Assembly: GCA_977020255.1 (NCBI GenBank)
Contig: CDROCS010001101.1
Span: 496,001-560,000, forward strand
DNA from: Obrimoposthia wandeli
Taxonomy: Eukaryota
Length of the DNA stretch: 64,000 bases
Reading direction: 5' to 3'
Shown here: one piece after another, positions 29,771 through 39,605 of the stretch
Layout: every line of letters begins with the position of its first letter
Numbering within the stretch: the stretch's first letter is position 1
Notes under the pieces: generated by a model
Databases searched by the model: none
The model's input: only the letters and a program-made list of their open reading frames with translations
Told to the model about the DNA's origin: nothing
Translations under genes and position numbers: made by a program

Positions 29771-32700
29771 ATGGAAAAGAGCCTTTTTCAGTTTATCTGG
29801 AAATATTCAAAACGAAATCAGTTGATCCTATCAGCGGTCACCCTCCTCACGTTCCCGATCCTCTATATATCGCTAGAGCTACCTAAACGCATAATTAATG
29901 ATGCGATTGGCGGCACTGGCGAAGATGTCACAGTGCTCAATGTGGTACTCAGTCAGACCGAATTTTTGATGGTGCTTTGTGTTGGTTTTCTATTTGCGGT
30001 ATTAGCCAATGGCTTATTGAAGATGAAGCTAAACACCATGAAAGGTGTCTTAGCTGAACGCTTATTAAGGCGCTTTCGTTTTCAACTGGTTACCCGAATT
30101 TTAAGGTTTCCGCGCTCATATTTCCGCACCACAAGCCAAGGTGAACTCGTGTCGATGGTGACATCGGAAGCTGAACCTATGGGATCATTAATGGGGGATA
30201 TGTTGTCACGCCCTATCCTTCAAGCGGGGCAAATGTTAACTATTCTGGTCTTCTTATTTGCGCAAAGTTTCTGGTTTGGTCTCGCATCCATCACCCTGAT
30301 CCCGTTACAAGCATGGATAATTCCCAAATTACAACGTCAGATTAACTTGTTAAATAAAGCCAGAATTCAGGAAATTCGCAAGTTAGCCGCAGATATAGGT
30401 GAAACAGCTGCAGGCGTCAGTGATATTCGTACTAACGGTGGAATACGTCATCGACTGTCATTATTCTCTGACCGTTTGGGTAAATTGTTCGGTATCCGCT
30501 TCGAAATTTATCAAAAGAAATTCTTCATGAAGTTTTTAAACAACTTCATTAATCAATTAACCCCCTTCTTTTTCTATTCAGTAGGTGGCTATTTAGCAAT
30601 TCAAGGTGAGATCACTGTCGGCGCACTTGTTGCCGCGTTAGCTGCATACAAAGATCTATCATCACCTTGGAAAGAGTTACTGACTTATTACAATCAAACC
30701 CAAGATATGGCGCTACGCTGGGAAGTCGTCACCGAACGTTTCTCGTCAAAGACATTAGTTGACGATACTTTATTTGATGGCGAACCAGATACTGAAACCA
30801 GTCTTAATGGTGACATCGAACTTAAACATATCACCGTACGTGATGAAGATGGTCATGCCATTTTAGAAGACATTAACCTGATTATTCCCAAAGGTGCTCG
30901 TGTTGCGATTAAGACTAATAATGAGTCTAGCGCCCTCGCATTTGCCGATTTGCTAACACGTGAGGTGATTCCATATCACGGTTCACTAACGATAGCCGGA
31001 CATGATATGAACGGTTTACACCAAACAGTGGTGGCCAATCGTATCGGTTATGCCAACTCCAAACCGTATATTTTTAAAGGCACACTGGGTCAAAACCTGC
31101 TGATGCCGTTTAACTATCAGCCAATTCTAGATGCGGATATTTCCGTTGATATCACTGATTGGCAACTCGAATCAGCCCGTGCAGGTAATAGTGTCGACCC
31201 ATTTAAACCGAATTGGGTTGTCCCTGAAACAGCAGGGTTTCAATCATATGATGAGATCAAAGATTGGTGGTTCCAATTAGTTGAAGCCATGGGTACCGAC
31301 GACCTCATTGTGCGCCGAGGGTTACGCTCACGACTTGCTCCAGATACGCAAAGCGAACTAGTTGAAGCGATTGTACGGTTACGACCTGAAATCGCTAAAC
31401 GCTTGGCAAAAGCGGGACTTGATGACATTGTACATACCTTTGACCCAGAAAAATTCAACCCAGTCTCGCCACTGGGCAGTAATTTGCTCTATGCTGTACC
31501 CACCAAGATGCTCACGCAGCTAAGCTTGTCACAAGAAGATAATTTTGTGCAGATGCTACAAGATGAAGGCATTGCGGACTACTTAGCACACATGTCCGCC
31601 AACCTCATCGAAGGCCTAACTGAAACGTTTGGCACTGATGGCACGGATCACCCGCTGTTTCGCCGTTTGAATATGGACGAAGATCTTTATCATCAACTTA
31701 GAGTCATCGTAGCAAAACGCCGCTTAGTCGGTCAAAGTGGTTTATCCGCTGAAGATTTTGCACTCATGTTGACCGTACCCTTTGCGTTTTCTGCCGAGCA
31801 GATTGGACCATCGTTCACCGATTTATTCAAAGAACGGATCTTACAAATTCGCATGAAGAGTGCCCACGAAATGGTGGGAAAATTAGATGGCCTATTCAAA
31901 CCCATAGACCCACAGGAATACTTCCCTGTTATGTCCGTGCTTGGTAATGCCATTTTTGGCCGTATTTCAAGTACAGCTGGTGCGCGAGAAAAGTTAATTG
32001 AAGATATTATTGTTGATGTCCTAAAAGAACACGGTTTAAGAAGATTAGTTGCGCAATCTTTATATGATGTGGCGACTACACAAGGCGGAGAAAACTTGCC
32101 CGCAATCTTCAGGGAACGTTTAGCATTTAGCCGAGCTGGCATCAAAAAACCCGATATTCTGATCCTAAGAAATGCACTCGCTAGCCACGAAGGTGACGCA
32201 CGCGCATTAACGCGACGACGCATTAGTGAATTAATGCCAGATAGCACGCAGATTTTTATCGAAAATCACTTCCTTAGCCCAGAAAGCTACGACTTATTTG
32301 TCGAAATTGTCGATGGCCGTATTGATGGTATCGCCCGTCAAGATCAGCCAGCAGATGATGATGCGCGCCTGGATTTGAAACGGAAATTACGCGTGATTGG
32401 AGAGACGGATTTATTTGGTCAGTTGGATCTAAAACAACAGCGCCTACTGGCATTTAGTGCCCAATGGTACAAAGCAAAACCAGGGCAAGCCATTTTTAGT
32501 GCAGGAGAAGAAGCAGATGCAGCTTACCTCTGTGTAAAGGGTTCTGCGGGTCTATATTGGCCAGCAACAGCCGTCGAACAGCGCTTAGTCACTGAAATTT
32601 TACCTGGGCGATTAATCGGTGATTTAGCCGTTATTCATGAGGCGCCACGCCTGTTAGATTTAATCGCCATAGAAGACTGTGTATTTTTACGCATCGGCGC

Positions 32701-32878
32701 GAGTGAGTTAATCGCCGTGATCGAGAATGATGCGATGGTGGCAGCAAGTCTATTACGCTCTGTTGCAGCGCATCTATCAGCAAATGCGACGAACCTGCGT
32801 GCAATGCGTGCATTTGCAATTAAACGTGGTATCGATTTCAGTGAATTAGATGAAGAAGAAATTGGCCACGACCGATAA
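29771..32878 (+). CDS. ABC exporter-type TMD + degenerate split NBD + C-terminal cNMP-binding domain
   Basis: TMD with LELPKRIINDAIG; NBD-like fold lacking Walker A, signature and Walker B; cNMP domain AIFSAGEEADAAY...GRLIGDLAVI..PRLLDLIAIEDC. Confidence 0.8.
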   Translation: MEKSLFQFIWKYSKRNQLILSAVTLLTFPILYISLELPKRIINDAIGGTGEDVTVLNVVLSQTEFLMVLCVGFLFAVLANGLLKMKLNTMKGVLAERLLRRFRFQLVTRILRFPRSYFRTTSQGELVSMVTSEAEPMGSLMGDMLSRPILQAGQMLTILVFLFAQSFWFGLASITLIPLQAWIIPKLQRQINLLNKARIQEIRKLAADIGETAAGVSDIRTNGGIRHRLSLFSDRLGKLFGIRFEIYQKKFFMKFLNNFINQLTPFFFYSVGGYLAIQGEITVGALVAALAAYKDLSSPWKELLTYYNQTQDMALRWEVVTERFSSKTLVDDTLFDGEPDTETSLNGDIELKHITVRDEDGHAILEDINLIIPKGARVAIKTNNESSALAFADLLTREVIPYHGSLTIAGHDMNGLHQTVVANRIGYANSKPYIFKGTLGQNLLMPFNYQPILDADISVDITDWQLESARAGNSVDPFKPNWVVPETAGFQSYDEIKDWWFQLVEAMGTDDLIVRRGLRSRLAPDTQSELVEAIVRLRPEIAKRLAKAGLDDIVHTFDPEKFNPVSPLGSNLLYAVPTKMLTQLSLSQEDNFVQMLQDEGIADYLAHMSANLIEGLTETFGTDGTDHPLFRRLNMDEDLYHQLRVIVAKRRLVGQSGLSAEDFALMLTVPFAFSAEQIGPSFTDLFKERILQIRMKSAHEMVGKLDGLFKPIDPQEYFPVMSVLGNAIFGRISSTAGAREKLIEDIIVDVLKEHGLRRLVAQSLYDVATTQGGENLPAIFRERLAFSRAGIKKPDILILRNALASHEGDARALTRRRISELMPDSTQIFIENHFLSPESYDLFVEIVDGRIDGIARQDQPADDDARLDLKRKLRVIGETDLFGQLDLKQQRLLAFSAQWYKAKPGQAIFSAGEEADAAYLCVKGSAGLYWPATAVEQRLVTEILPGRLIGDLAVIHEAPRLLDLIAIEDCVFLRIGASELIAVIENDAMVAASLLRSVAAHLSANATNLRAMRAFAIKRGIDFSELDEEEIGHDR

Positions 32879-32894
32879 TTAAGTAGCCTAACCC

Positions 32895-32934
32895 AATAGA
32901 GCCAATAATGGTTGAAATCATTATTGGCTCTATT
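32895..32934. terminator. Bidirectional terminator
   Basis: 16-bp stem AATAGAGCCAATAATG / CATTATTGGCTCTATT. Confidence 0.85.
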
Positions 32935-32967
32935 TCAGCGTAATCAAGATTTACTTCAACATGCAAT

Positions 32968-33942
32968 TTAAGAACGAAAGAAAGCTAACCGGTAGTTGTA
33001 TAGCTGCTCTGCTCTATAAGCCTGCCATTGTTCATCATTTAGCATTTTTTGAGTAGTGGTTCGTTCATCTGCAAGCGTCAGTTCTAATTCACTCAAGCCC
33101 TGCTGATAGCTCATCACTTCTTGTTGCTGCTGTTCAACTTGATTCGCCCTACTCGCTATATCTTGCTGACCCTCAGGCGTTAAATACTGCGTAGCAAGTT
33201 TAGCCTTAATACGTTCAGCTTCGTGAGCAGGCAGCGATGTCGGAATTAATTTTACGGCTTCTTCATACTTAGCCCCTTCAGATTCAAGACCAAACGATAG
33301 CAAGTCGTCACCCAACGCTTCTAACATCGTATTATATTCTTGTATAAACTCATCGGCGTCTTGAGCCTGGCTGAGCAAATTGTTCGATTCAACTAACGAT
33401 AATCTGTAATTATAATAAGCAGCTTGTTCTTCAAACAGTAAACTGGCATCAACGCCCCATACCTGCTCTCGTATCGCTTTAACATTGGCTACTTTGTCTG
33501 CCAACGAGGCATCCTGACTGATTAATGATTCCCCCATCAAGCGCTGCTCTTTTTGTTGGTTCACGGGAAAATCACGTAATAATTGATAGCGACGTTCAGT
33601 CAGTACTAACTGTTTTTGAGCAAGCATATCATCACAGTTATTTTGTTGACTGCACCGTTTCCAAAACGTGGTTAACGCGGTCATTAACGTTTGCCCTCTT
33701 GCCTCTTGTAATAAAGTATCTTCCTCAGGGAGCGTATTATTAATGGCAACTTCTTTCTGAGCCTTCGTTGGCATTGCTACTGCCGCTGGTATTGACGCAT
33801 TAGTGGGCACAGATTCAGATTTATGGTTCACTGAATCGAATACATCCGCCGCTCTTTCCGCATTAAGTTCATTTTCACTTGAGATGAAAAAATAAACGCT
33901 GCCAACAAAGGCAACGCTTACCAAAAATAATCGAACCCGCAT
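32968..33942 (-). CDS. Membrane-anchored helical protein, lipase-foldase-like; putative sphingomyelinase chaperone
   Basis: N-terminal TM, Pro/Ala-rich linker, Gln/Glu-rich helical body with CxxxxxC; ATG overlaps the sphingomyelinase stop (TAATG). Confidence 0.6.
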   Translation of the reverse strand: MRVRLFLVSVAFVGSVYFFISSENELNAERAADVFDSVNHKSESVPTNASIPAAVAMPTKAQKEVAINNTLPEEDTLLQEARGQTLMTALTTFWKRCSQQNNCDDMLAQKQLVLTERRYQLLRDFPVNQQKEQRLMGESLISQDASLADKVANVKAIREQVWGVDASLLFEEQAAYYNYRLSLVESNNLLSQAQDADEFIQEYNTMLEALGDDLLSFGLESEGAKYEEAVKLIPTSLPAHEAERIKAKLATQYLTPEGQQDIASRANQVEQQQQEVMSYQQGLSELELTLADERTTTQKMLNDEQWQAYRAEQLYNYRLAFFRS

Positions 33943-35279
33943 TAACGGATCTCCGCTTTAACCGGGAAATGATCAGACAAATTCCAATGTTTCCATAAAC
34001 TAGCTACCGTAGTACGAGGTACTTTCACTGTGTTTACGTTTTCACTGCGTTGCGCAAATTCATTACTTGCCACGATATAATCAAGGTATTCGATATTTTC
34101 ACCACCCGATAAAGCATTGCCAGCAAAAGAATTGATACGAGGGTCAAATGTTGACTCTGTATATCCCGCATATTCCGGTTCGTCCGCACTCAGATTAACA
34201 AACATCTGTTGATAATCCGTTGGGAATTTACGTTTATTCACATTAAAATCTCCACCATAAACAACAGTATCTGTGGCTGGAATATTTTGAGCATGAGCAA
34301 ATTCACGGATCTGACGGAATTGGCGTTGACGGTAGTCACGTGCGGTATCTGTGTCAAAGGACGCGGTATGCGTAGCAAATACGTGATAAGCCTTACCATT
34401 TTTAATCACTTCGGCATAATTAACGCCTTTATCAGCAAAGCAATCGGTACCAGAACAGTCAGGGTAAACATATTGCCCTTCGTTAACAATCGGATAGCGA
34501 CTTACAATAGTGACACCGCCATCGTAAACGTTCACCCCGGATTTATCTAACATCTTGGTTTGATATGGATACTCTTTGGCAAGATCACGTAAGAAGGCAC
34601 CTCGACCAGAAGCAAACACTTCCTGCAACATAAGCACATCATAACCTTTCAAGTGTTTTGGTATTTCCTGAAAACGATCTCCGATGTGCGACGCTATAAC
34701 AGGCAGAGCCCATACGTTATATGACATCACTTTTAACACGTTACCGTCATGTTCAGGTTGCTCATCAATTCTTTGCGGCGTGATAGTGTAATGTATATCA
34801 TCATAACGCCCGGTGGCACTGGCTTTAAACGCAATTTCAGTGCTTGTGCTATTACTATTATATTGGGATTGATAGCGGTAAGTATCGCGATCATCCACCC
34901 AATTCAATGCAACATCATTGGCACGAGTTCCTTGTTCGAGTGATGATTTGTACCAATAACCTTTAACTTGTTGCAATAAAGACAGCGTCTCGCCATTTTC
35001 ATTGGTTACTAACGTTTCAAACTGGTAGTTATCGCCTGAATTTATGCCTTCCCATCGATTAAAACTTAACACCATCTTAGTTTCCCACGGCTTGAGTGTC
35101 TGTGCATGTTGTTGCCACTCAACACCTTCTTGCAGCAAATCAGAACCGGTATGATTGACTTCAAGCGCCATCGTTTGATTGGAATTATTGGTCAGGTAGA
35201 TATCACTATCAGCAAGAGCTGTAGCGCTCATCACACAAGTGAGGCAAGTAGTTGTTATTACATTTTTTAGTATATTCAC
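33942..35279 (-). CDS. Secreted sphingomyelinase C / EEP-family phosphodiesterase
   Basis: Signal peptide ...SATALA; VMSYNVW, LQEVF, IVSRYPI, GGDFN, LDYI, SDHFPV. Confidence 0.88.
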   Translation of the reverse strand: MNILKNVITTTCLTCVMSATALADSDIYLTNNSNQTMALEVNHTGSDLLQEGVEWQQHAQTLKPWETKMVLSFNRWEGINSGDNYQFETLVTNENGETLSLLQQVKGYWYKSSLEQGTRANDVALNWVDDRDTYRYQSQYNSNSTSTEIAFKASATGRYDDIHYTITPQRIDEQPEHDGNVLKVMSYNVWALPVIASHIGDRFQEIPKHLKGYDVLMLQEVFASGRGAFLRDLAKEYPYQTKMLDKSGVNVYDGGVTIVSRYPIVNEGQYVYPDCSGTDCFADKGVNYAEVIKNGKAYHVFATHTASFDTDTARDYRQRQFRQIREFAHAQNIPATDTVVYGGDFNVNKRKFPTDYQQMFVNLSADEPEYAGYTESTFDPRINSFAGNALSGGENIEYLDYIVASNEFAQRSENVNTVKVPRTTVASLWKHWNLSDHFPVKAEIR

Positions 35280-35609
35280 ATCAAATCCTTTGATTATTGA
35301 TATAGCGGATTTGAGGTTAAATCAAGAATATTACATTTAATATACAATATTATTAAATATTTAATTGAAATCACAGTTGAGTGAAAATAACGATAATAAG
35401 TGTGATGTTTGATGGTAAACGCTACATTATTGATGAAAGTTGGCACTCAAGGTCTCGTTAAGCATTTCTTTATTGCGCTGTTATTTAACGAGACGACGAT
35501 TCTTTTCATTAAATACAGAAAAGTATCTACTGTTATGACATTTTTTTCACTCAAACAGTTTATAATGTTGTCAAATTTATCCTTTAATCAATAAAGTAGA
35601 TGGAAAATC

Positions 35610-36533
35610 ATGAGTAAAGTTTCTACCTTTCTAAAAGGCATGGCGATGGGTGCTGCAGATGTTGTACCTGGTGTGTCAGGCGGTACTATCGCTTTCATTA
35701 CCGGCATTTACGATACACTGCTTGGTAGCATTAGTCGCATTACCCCCCGTCTTATCGGTATGATCCGCAAGGATGGTCTGAAAGCCGCATTTGATTACGT
35801 GAATGGCACATTTTTGCTGGTATTATTTGCTGGTATTTTGACGAGTATATTTTCACTCGCCCGTGTTATTACATGGATGCTCGATACCCACCCTATTCCA
35901 CTGTGGTCTTTCTTCTTCGGTTTAATCATCATCTCTGTAAACCACATGTTCAAACAAGTAGAATTCTGGAAAGTAAGTCGCTTTGTCGCTGTACTTGCTG
36001 GTATTGGCTTTGCTTATAGTATTACCGTACTACAGCCGCTCCACCTTGAACCAACATCGTTGAATATCTTACTGGCAGGTTCCATTGCCATTTGTGCAAT
36101 GATCTTACCGGGGATCTCAGGTAGCTTTATCCTGCTTATGTTAGGCATGTATACGCCAGTTCTTGCCGCTGCTAAGTCTTTCGACATAATAACGTTAGCA
36201 ACATTTGCCTCTGGTTGTGCAATTGGTATCCTCACCTTCTCGCACGTACTAACTTGGGTACTAAAACACTACCGTGATATCGCACTGACGTTTTTAACAG
36301 GACTCATGATCGGGACTCTGGGTAAAGTATGGCCGTGGAAAGAAACACTAACGTGGCGTACAAACTCAAGTGGTCTTGAAGTGCCATTGCTAGAACGTAA
36401 TCTTTCACCTTTTAGCTTTGAACAAGTGACAGGACAACCAGCATTATTAGCGTATGCGATCATTGCGATGCTTGCTGCAATTGTACTTATCATTGTACTA
36501 GAAAAGACCGCGAGTAAATCAGTATCTAACTAG
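35610..36533 (+). CDS. DUF368 membrane protein (undecaprenyl-phosphate translocase family)
   Basis: GMAMGAADVVPGVSGGTIAFITGIY; CAMILPGISGSFILL; GKVWPWK. Confidence 0.92.
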   Translation: MSKVSTFLKGMAMGAADVVPGVSGGTIAFITGIYDTLLGSISRITPRLIGMIRKDGLKAAFDYVNGTFLLVLFAGILTSIFSLARVITWMLDTHPIPLWSFFFGLIIISVNHMFKQVEFWKVSRFVAVLAGIGFAYSITVLQPLHLEPTSLNILLAGSIAICAMILPGISGSFILLMLGMYTPVLAAAKSFDIITLATFASGCAIGILTFSHVLTWVLKHYRDIALTFLTGLMIGTLGKVWPWKETLTWRTNSSGLEVPLLERNLSPFSFEQVTGQPALLAYAIIAMLAAIVLIIVLEKTASKSVSN

Positions 36534-36552
36534 TCGTTACTCATTAAAATAA

Positions 36553-36595
36553 TAACTAACAACCGAATATTCATATCATTTGGTTGTTAGTTAAA
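36553..36595. terminator. Bidirectional hairpin between DUF368 and nrfF
   Basis: TAACTAACAACC...GGTTGTTAGTTA. Confidence 0.7.
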
Positions 36596-36615
36596 AATAT
36601 ACACGAAGACCCAGA

Positions 36616-37050
36616 TCAATCCACAAGCGACACTTTTACTTTACGATAACCAAGCCAGCCAAACAAACCAATCAAGAACACAGGTCCAAGCCAGAGAACA
36701 TACGTCCTTGGTTCGAACTTAGGTTTATACAACACCATATCGCCAAAACGACTCGTCATATAATCAATTACTTGTGTATCCGTATCGCCTTTATCCACCA
36801 TTAAATAAACGGTTAAACGTAAATCCTTAGCAATGGGTGAATTAGACTCCATCAAGTTTTGATTCTGACATTGAGGACAGCGTAACTGACGCGCCAAATT
36901 AATAGCTCGGTTTTGTGTATCCACAGAATTAAACGTAAATACCTCGACCGATTGCGTTGGTTCAGTACTCGGCGATGCCGATAAAGGTAAGGCAACAAAC
37001 AACATATTAAACAAGGTAACAAAACAAAAATACAAGGATGATAACTTCAT
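36616..37050 (-). CDS. nrfF: Heme lyase subunit NrfF (CcmH-like)
   Basis: LRCPQCQNQNL, SRFGDMVLYKP. Confidence 0.9.
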   Translation of the reverse strand: MKLSSLYFCFVTLFNMLFVALPLSASPSTEPTQSVEVFTFNSVDTQNRAINLARQLRCPQCQNQNLMESNSPIAKDLRLTVYLMVDKGDTDTQVIDYMTSRFGDMVLYKPKFEPRTYVLWLGPVFLIGLFGWLGYRKVKVSLVD

Positions 37051-37069
37051 TTAATCCCTCCGAACATAC

Positions 37070-37651
37070 TTAATGATTTAACAACAATTGAATAAATGGC
37101 TTGAAGTAATGCTGCCATACCTTTTCATCCAATGCGCCTGAATAACGAAATAATACAACACCTTGGCTATCTAACAGATACGTCTCAGGTGTAGCAATAA
37201 CCCCCATATCCAATGCAAGCCTACCGTCTGGATCAAAGATATTCGCGACATAAGGATTTCCCAGTGCACTTAATACCTTGCGGGCATCATCCATATCATC
37301 ACGATAATTTAACCCGACAATACGCATATTATCTTGCACTGCCAGTTTCATTAAAAAGTCATGTTCGCTTTTACACACCGCGCACCAAGAAGCCCAGACA
37401 TTTAATAGCGTGAATTGCTTGTTAGCTTGCGATAGGTCATTATCCGTTTGCAATACACGACTATCGAGCAGATCGGTATTTAAACCACTTGCTGTAAAGT
37501 TGGGAATTGGCTTTCCCACCAAGGCTGACGGTGTTATTTGTCCTTCTTGAGTCGTTAATGCAAACATCATTGCTACAACAAACACCAGCCCCAGTAAACT
37601 GGGTAGTATTAATTTAAAATTAGAGGGAAGTGTCTTATTCTTATTTTGCAT
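37070..37651 (-). CDS. dsbE: DsbE/CcmG thiol:disulfide interchange protein of the nrf locus
   Basis: LNVWASWCAVC, GLNYRD, ATPETYL. Confidence 0.9.
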   Translation of the reverse strand: MQNKNKTLPSNFKLILPSLLGLVFVVAMMFALTTQEGQITPSALVGKPIPNFTASGLNTDLLDSRVLQTDNDLSQANKQFTLLNVWASWCAVCKSEHDFLMKLAVQDNMRIVGLNYRDDMDDARKVLSALGNPYVANIFDPDGRLALDMGVIATPETYLLDSQGVVLFRYSGALDEKVWQHYFKPFIQLLLNH

Positions 37652-39515
37652 AACGCTGCCCTATCGCTAATATACCGCCAAGCATCATCATCATACTGCC
37701 CGCCCATAACCAATTAATAAAAGCCTTGTTTTGAATGCGAATAGCATAAGCATCACGGTCAATTTTTTCACCCATAGTAATGTAAATATCCCGTAGCCAA
37801 GTTGAATGGATAGCAGGTTCACTCATATTCATGACTCGTACTGGATAATGCCGTCTTTGTGGTTTTAATTGCACAACATAACCTTCATTATCAACAACCT
37901 CTAATAACGCCTGCTCTGCGGTATAGTTAGCAGCAACTAACCATTCGGTATCTATATAATTAATGGTTAAATCACCCAGTTCAACCGAACTACCAGGACT
38001 CATTTTCGCACTAACTTCTGTCGAATTGTAACTGACAATGAGTATGCCAACAGCAGTCACCGCAACACCGATATGCGCAATGGTCATGCCTAAATGGCGC
38101 ATACTCACACCAGCAAACAACGTCGACATGACTATAGCGGCGCACAATATTAATACCAATAAGACATACAAAGACAAGGTTTCATTAAACAAGTAACTGG
38201 CGACAGAACCGATCACAACAGAAGAAACCCAAACTAATATCACCTTTGTACTGATGCCACTAAAGTTAGTTTTCTGCCAGCGTATGAAAGGCGCAACAAC
38301 CATCAATACAAAACACAGTAATGCCAAGGGTACGAATACTGCATTAAAGAAAGGTGCGCCCACCGAAATACTCGCCAGATTAAAGACTTGGAATATCATC
38401 GGATAAAATGTACCAAGTAGCACTGATAATGTGGTCACGACAAGTACACCATTGAGTATTAAAAACAACACTTCACGACTGGCAATACTGCGTAATCGTA
38501 ATGGTTTAATCTTGCCACTTTGTAACATAAATAAGGTTAATGGCACTACCACACAAATGGCTAAGATCACCAACAGCACAAGTCCGCGCGTCGGGTCGAC
38601 CGCAAATGCGTGTACTGAGGTTAAGATCCCTGAACGCACCACAAATGTACCCAATAAGCTTAAGCTAAAGGTGAAAATAGACAGTAATAAGCTCCAATTA
38701 ATCAACGCTTGACGTTTCTCACTGGCGATCAGTGAATGCAGCAATGCAGTACCCGTTAGCCAAGGCAGTAAAGAAGCATTTTCAACCGGATCCCAGAACC
38801 ACCAGCCCCCCCAACCGAGTTCATAATAAGCCCACCAAGAACCCAACGCGACACCACCGGTTAACATAACCCATGCAGCAAGCGTCCAAGCTCGGCTCCA
38901 CTGCGGCCACGGGATATTAATGTCAGGCATAGTTAACGCTGCAACGGCAAACGCAAACGCACCTGAAAATCCAACATAGCCTAAATACAGCAACGGCGGA
39001 TGAAAAATAAGACCTACATCTTGTAACATAGGGTGCAAGTCTCGTCCTTGCATTGGTACAGGAAACAAGCGAGAAAAAGGATTCGAACCTAACAGTGTAA
39101 ATAAACCAAACGCAGCGGTTAAGAGACTTAATACAATTAATACCCGGCTGATAAAAGCTTGGTTATGATTGCGATTCACAAACGCTATCGCCGCCGACCA
39201 TAATGACAGCGAGAATACCCAAAATAACAACGAACCTTCATGCCCGCCCCATACCGCAGCGATCTTAAAGAATATCGGTAACTGGGAATTTGAATGTTGG
39301 GCAATATAATTAACGGAAAAATCGTCAGCCGTGAAGCTATAAGCAAGCAGGCAGATAGACGTAGTCACTGCGATAAATGCAGTATAACTAAATAGCCATG
39401 AATAGCGGCTTAGCTGTGGTTGTTTCGTCACAATACCAAACAGCGGAATAGCAGCACCGAGAATAGCGCTCAGTGTACCTAGAATAAGTGAAAACAATGC
39501 AATTTCTGGGATCAT
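37641..39515 (-). CDS. nrfE: Heme lyase NrfE (CcmF-like)
   Basis: MIPEIAL start; WGGHEGSLL, FHPPLLYLGY, WWD domain WAYYELGWGGWWFWDPVENASL. Confidence 0.93.
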   Translation of the reverse strand: MIPEIALFSLILGTLSAILGAAIPLFGIVTKQPQLSRYSWLFSYTAFIAVTTSICLLAYSFTADDFSVNYIAQHSNSQLPIFFKIAAVWGGHEGSLLFWVFSLSLWSAAIAFVNRNHNQAFISRVLIVLSLLTAAFGLFTLLGSNPFSRLFPVPMQGRDLHPMLQDVGLIFHPPLLYLGYVGFSGAFAFAVAALTMPDINIPWPQWSRAWTLAAWVMLTGGVALGSWWAYYELGWGGWWFWDPVENASLLPWLTGTALLHSLIASEKRQALINWSLLLSIFTFSLSLLGTFVVRSGILTSVHAFAVDPTRGLVLLVILAICVVVPLTLFMLQSGKIKPLRLRSIASREVLFLILNGVLVVTTLSVLLGTFYPMIFQVFNLASISVGAPFFNAVFVPLALLCFVLMVVAPFIRWQKTNFSGISTKVILVWVSSVVIGSVASYLFNETLSLYVLLVLILCAAIVMSTLFAGVSMRHLGMTIAHIGVAVTAVGILIVSYNSTEVSAKMSPGSSVELGDLTINYIDTEWLVAANYTAEQALLEVVDNEGYVVQLKPQRRHYPVRVMNMSEPAIHSTWLRDIYITMGEKIDRDAYAIRIQNKAFINWLWAGSMMMMLGGILAIGQRYAK

Positions 39516-39605
39516 AAAAGGACCCATTGGTCATAATAAAAAACAAAGAGAGCCCAAACGAACTCTCTTAACATACAGCTAGTTATATTGTTAGCTAAGC
39601 GTCAA

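Noticed and set aside
29771-32878. GC skew as evidence of recent horizontal transfer of the ABC/cNMP gene
   Set aside because: Spot counts by eye (33-48% GC per 60-mer) overlap host genes; no flanking repeats, tRNA or integrase
32968-33942. ParA-type annotation that I recall being applied to such proteins
   Set aside because: No Walker A motif; has an N-terminal TM and a helical body
35409-35594. 61-aa ORF upstream of DUF368
   Set aside because: No SD or motif; occupies the probable divergent promoter region
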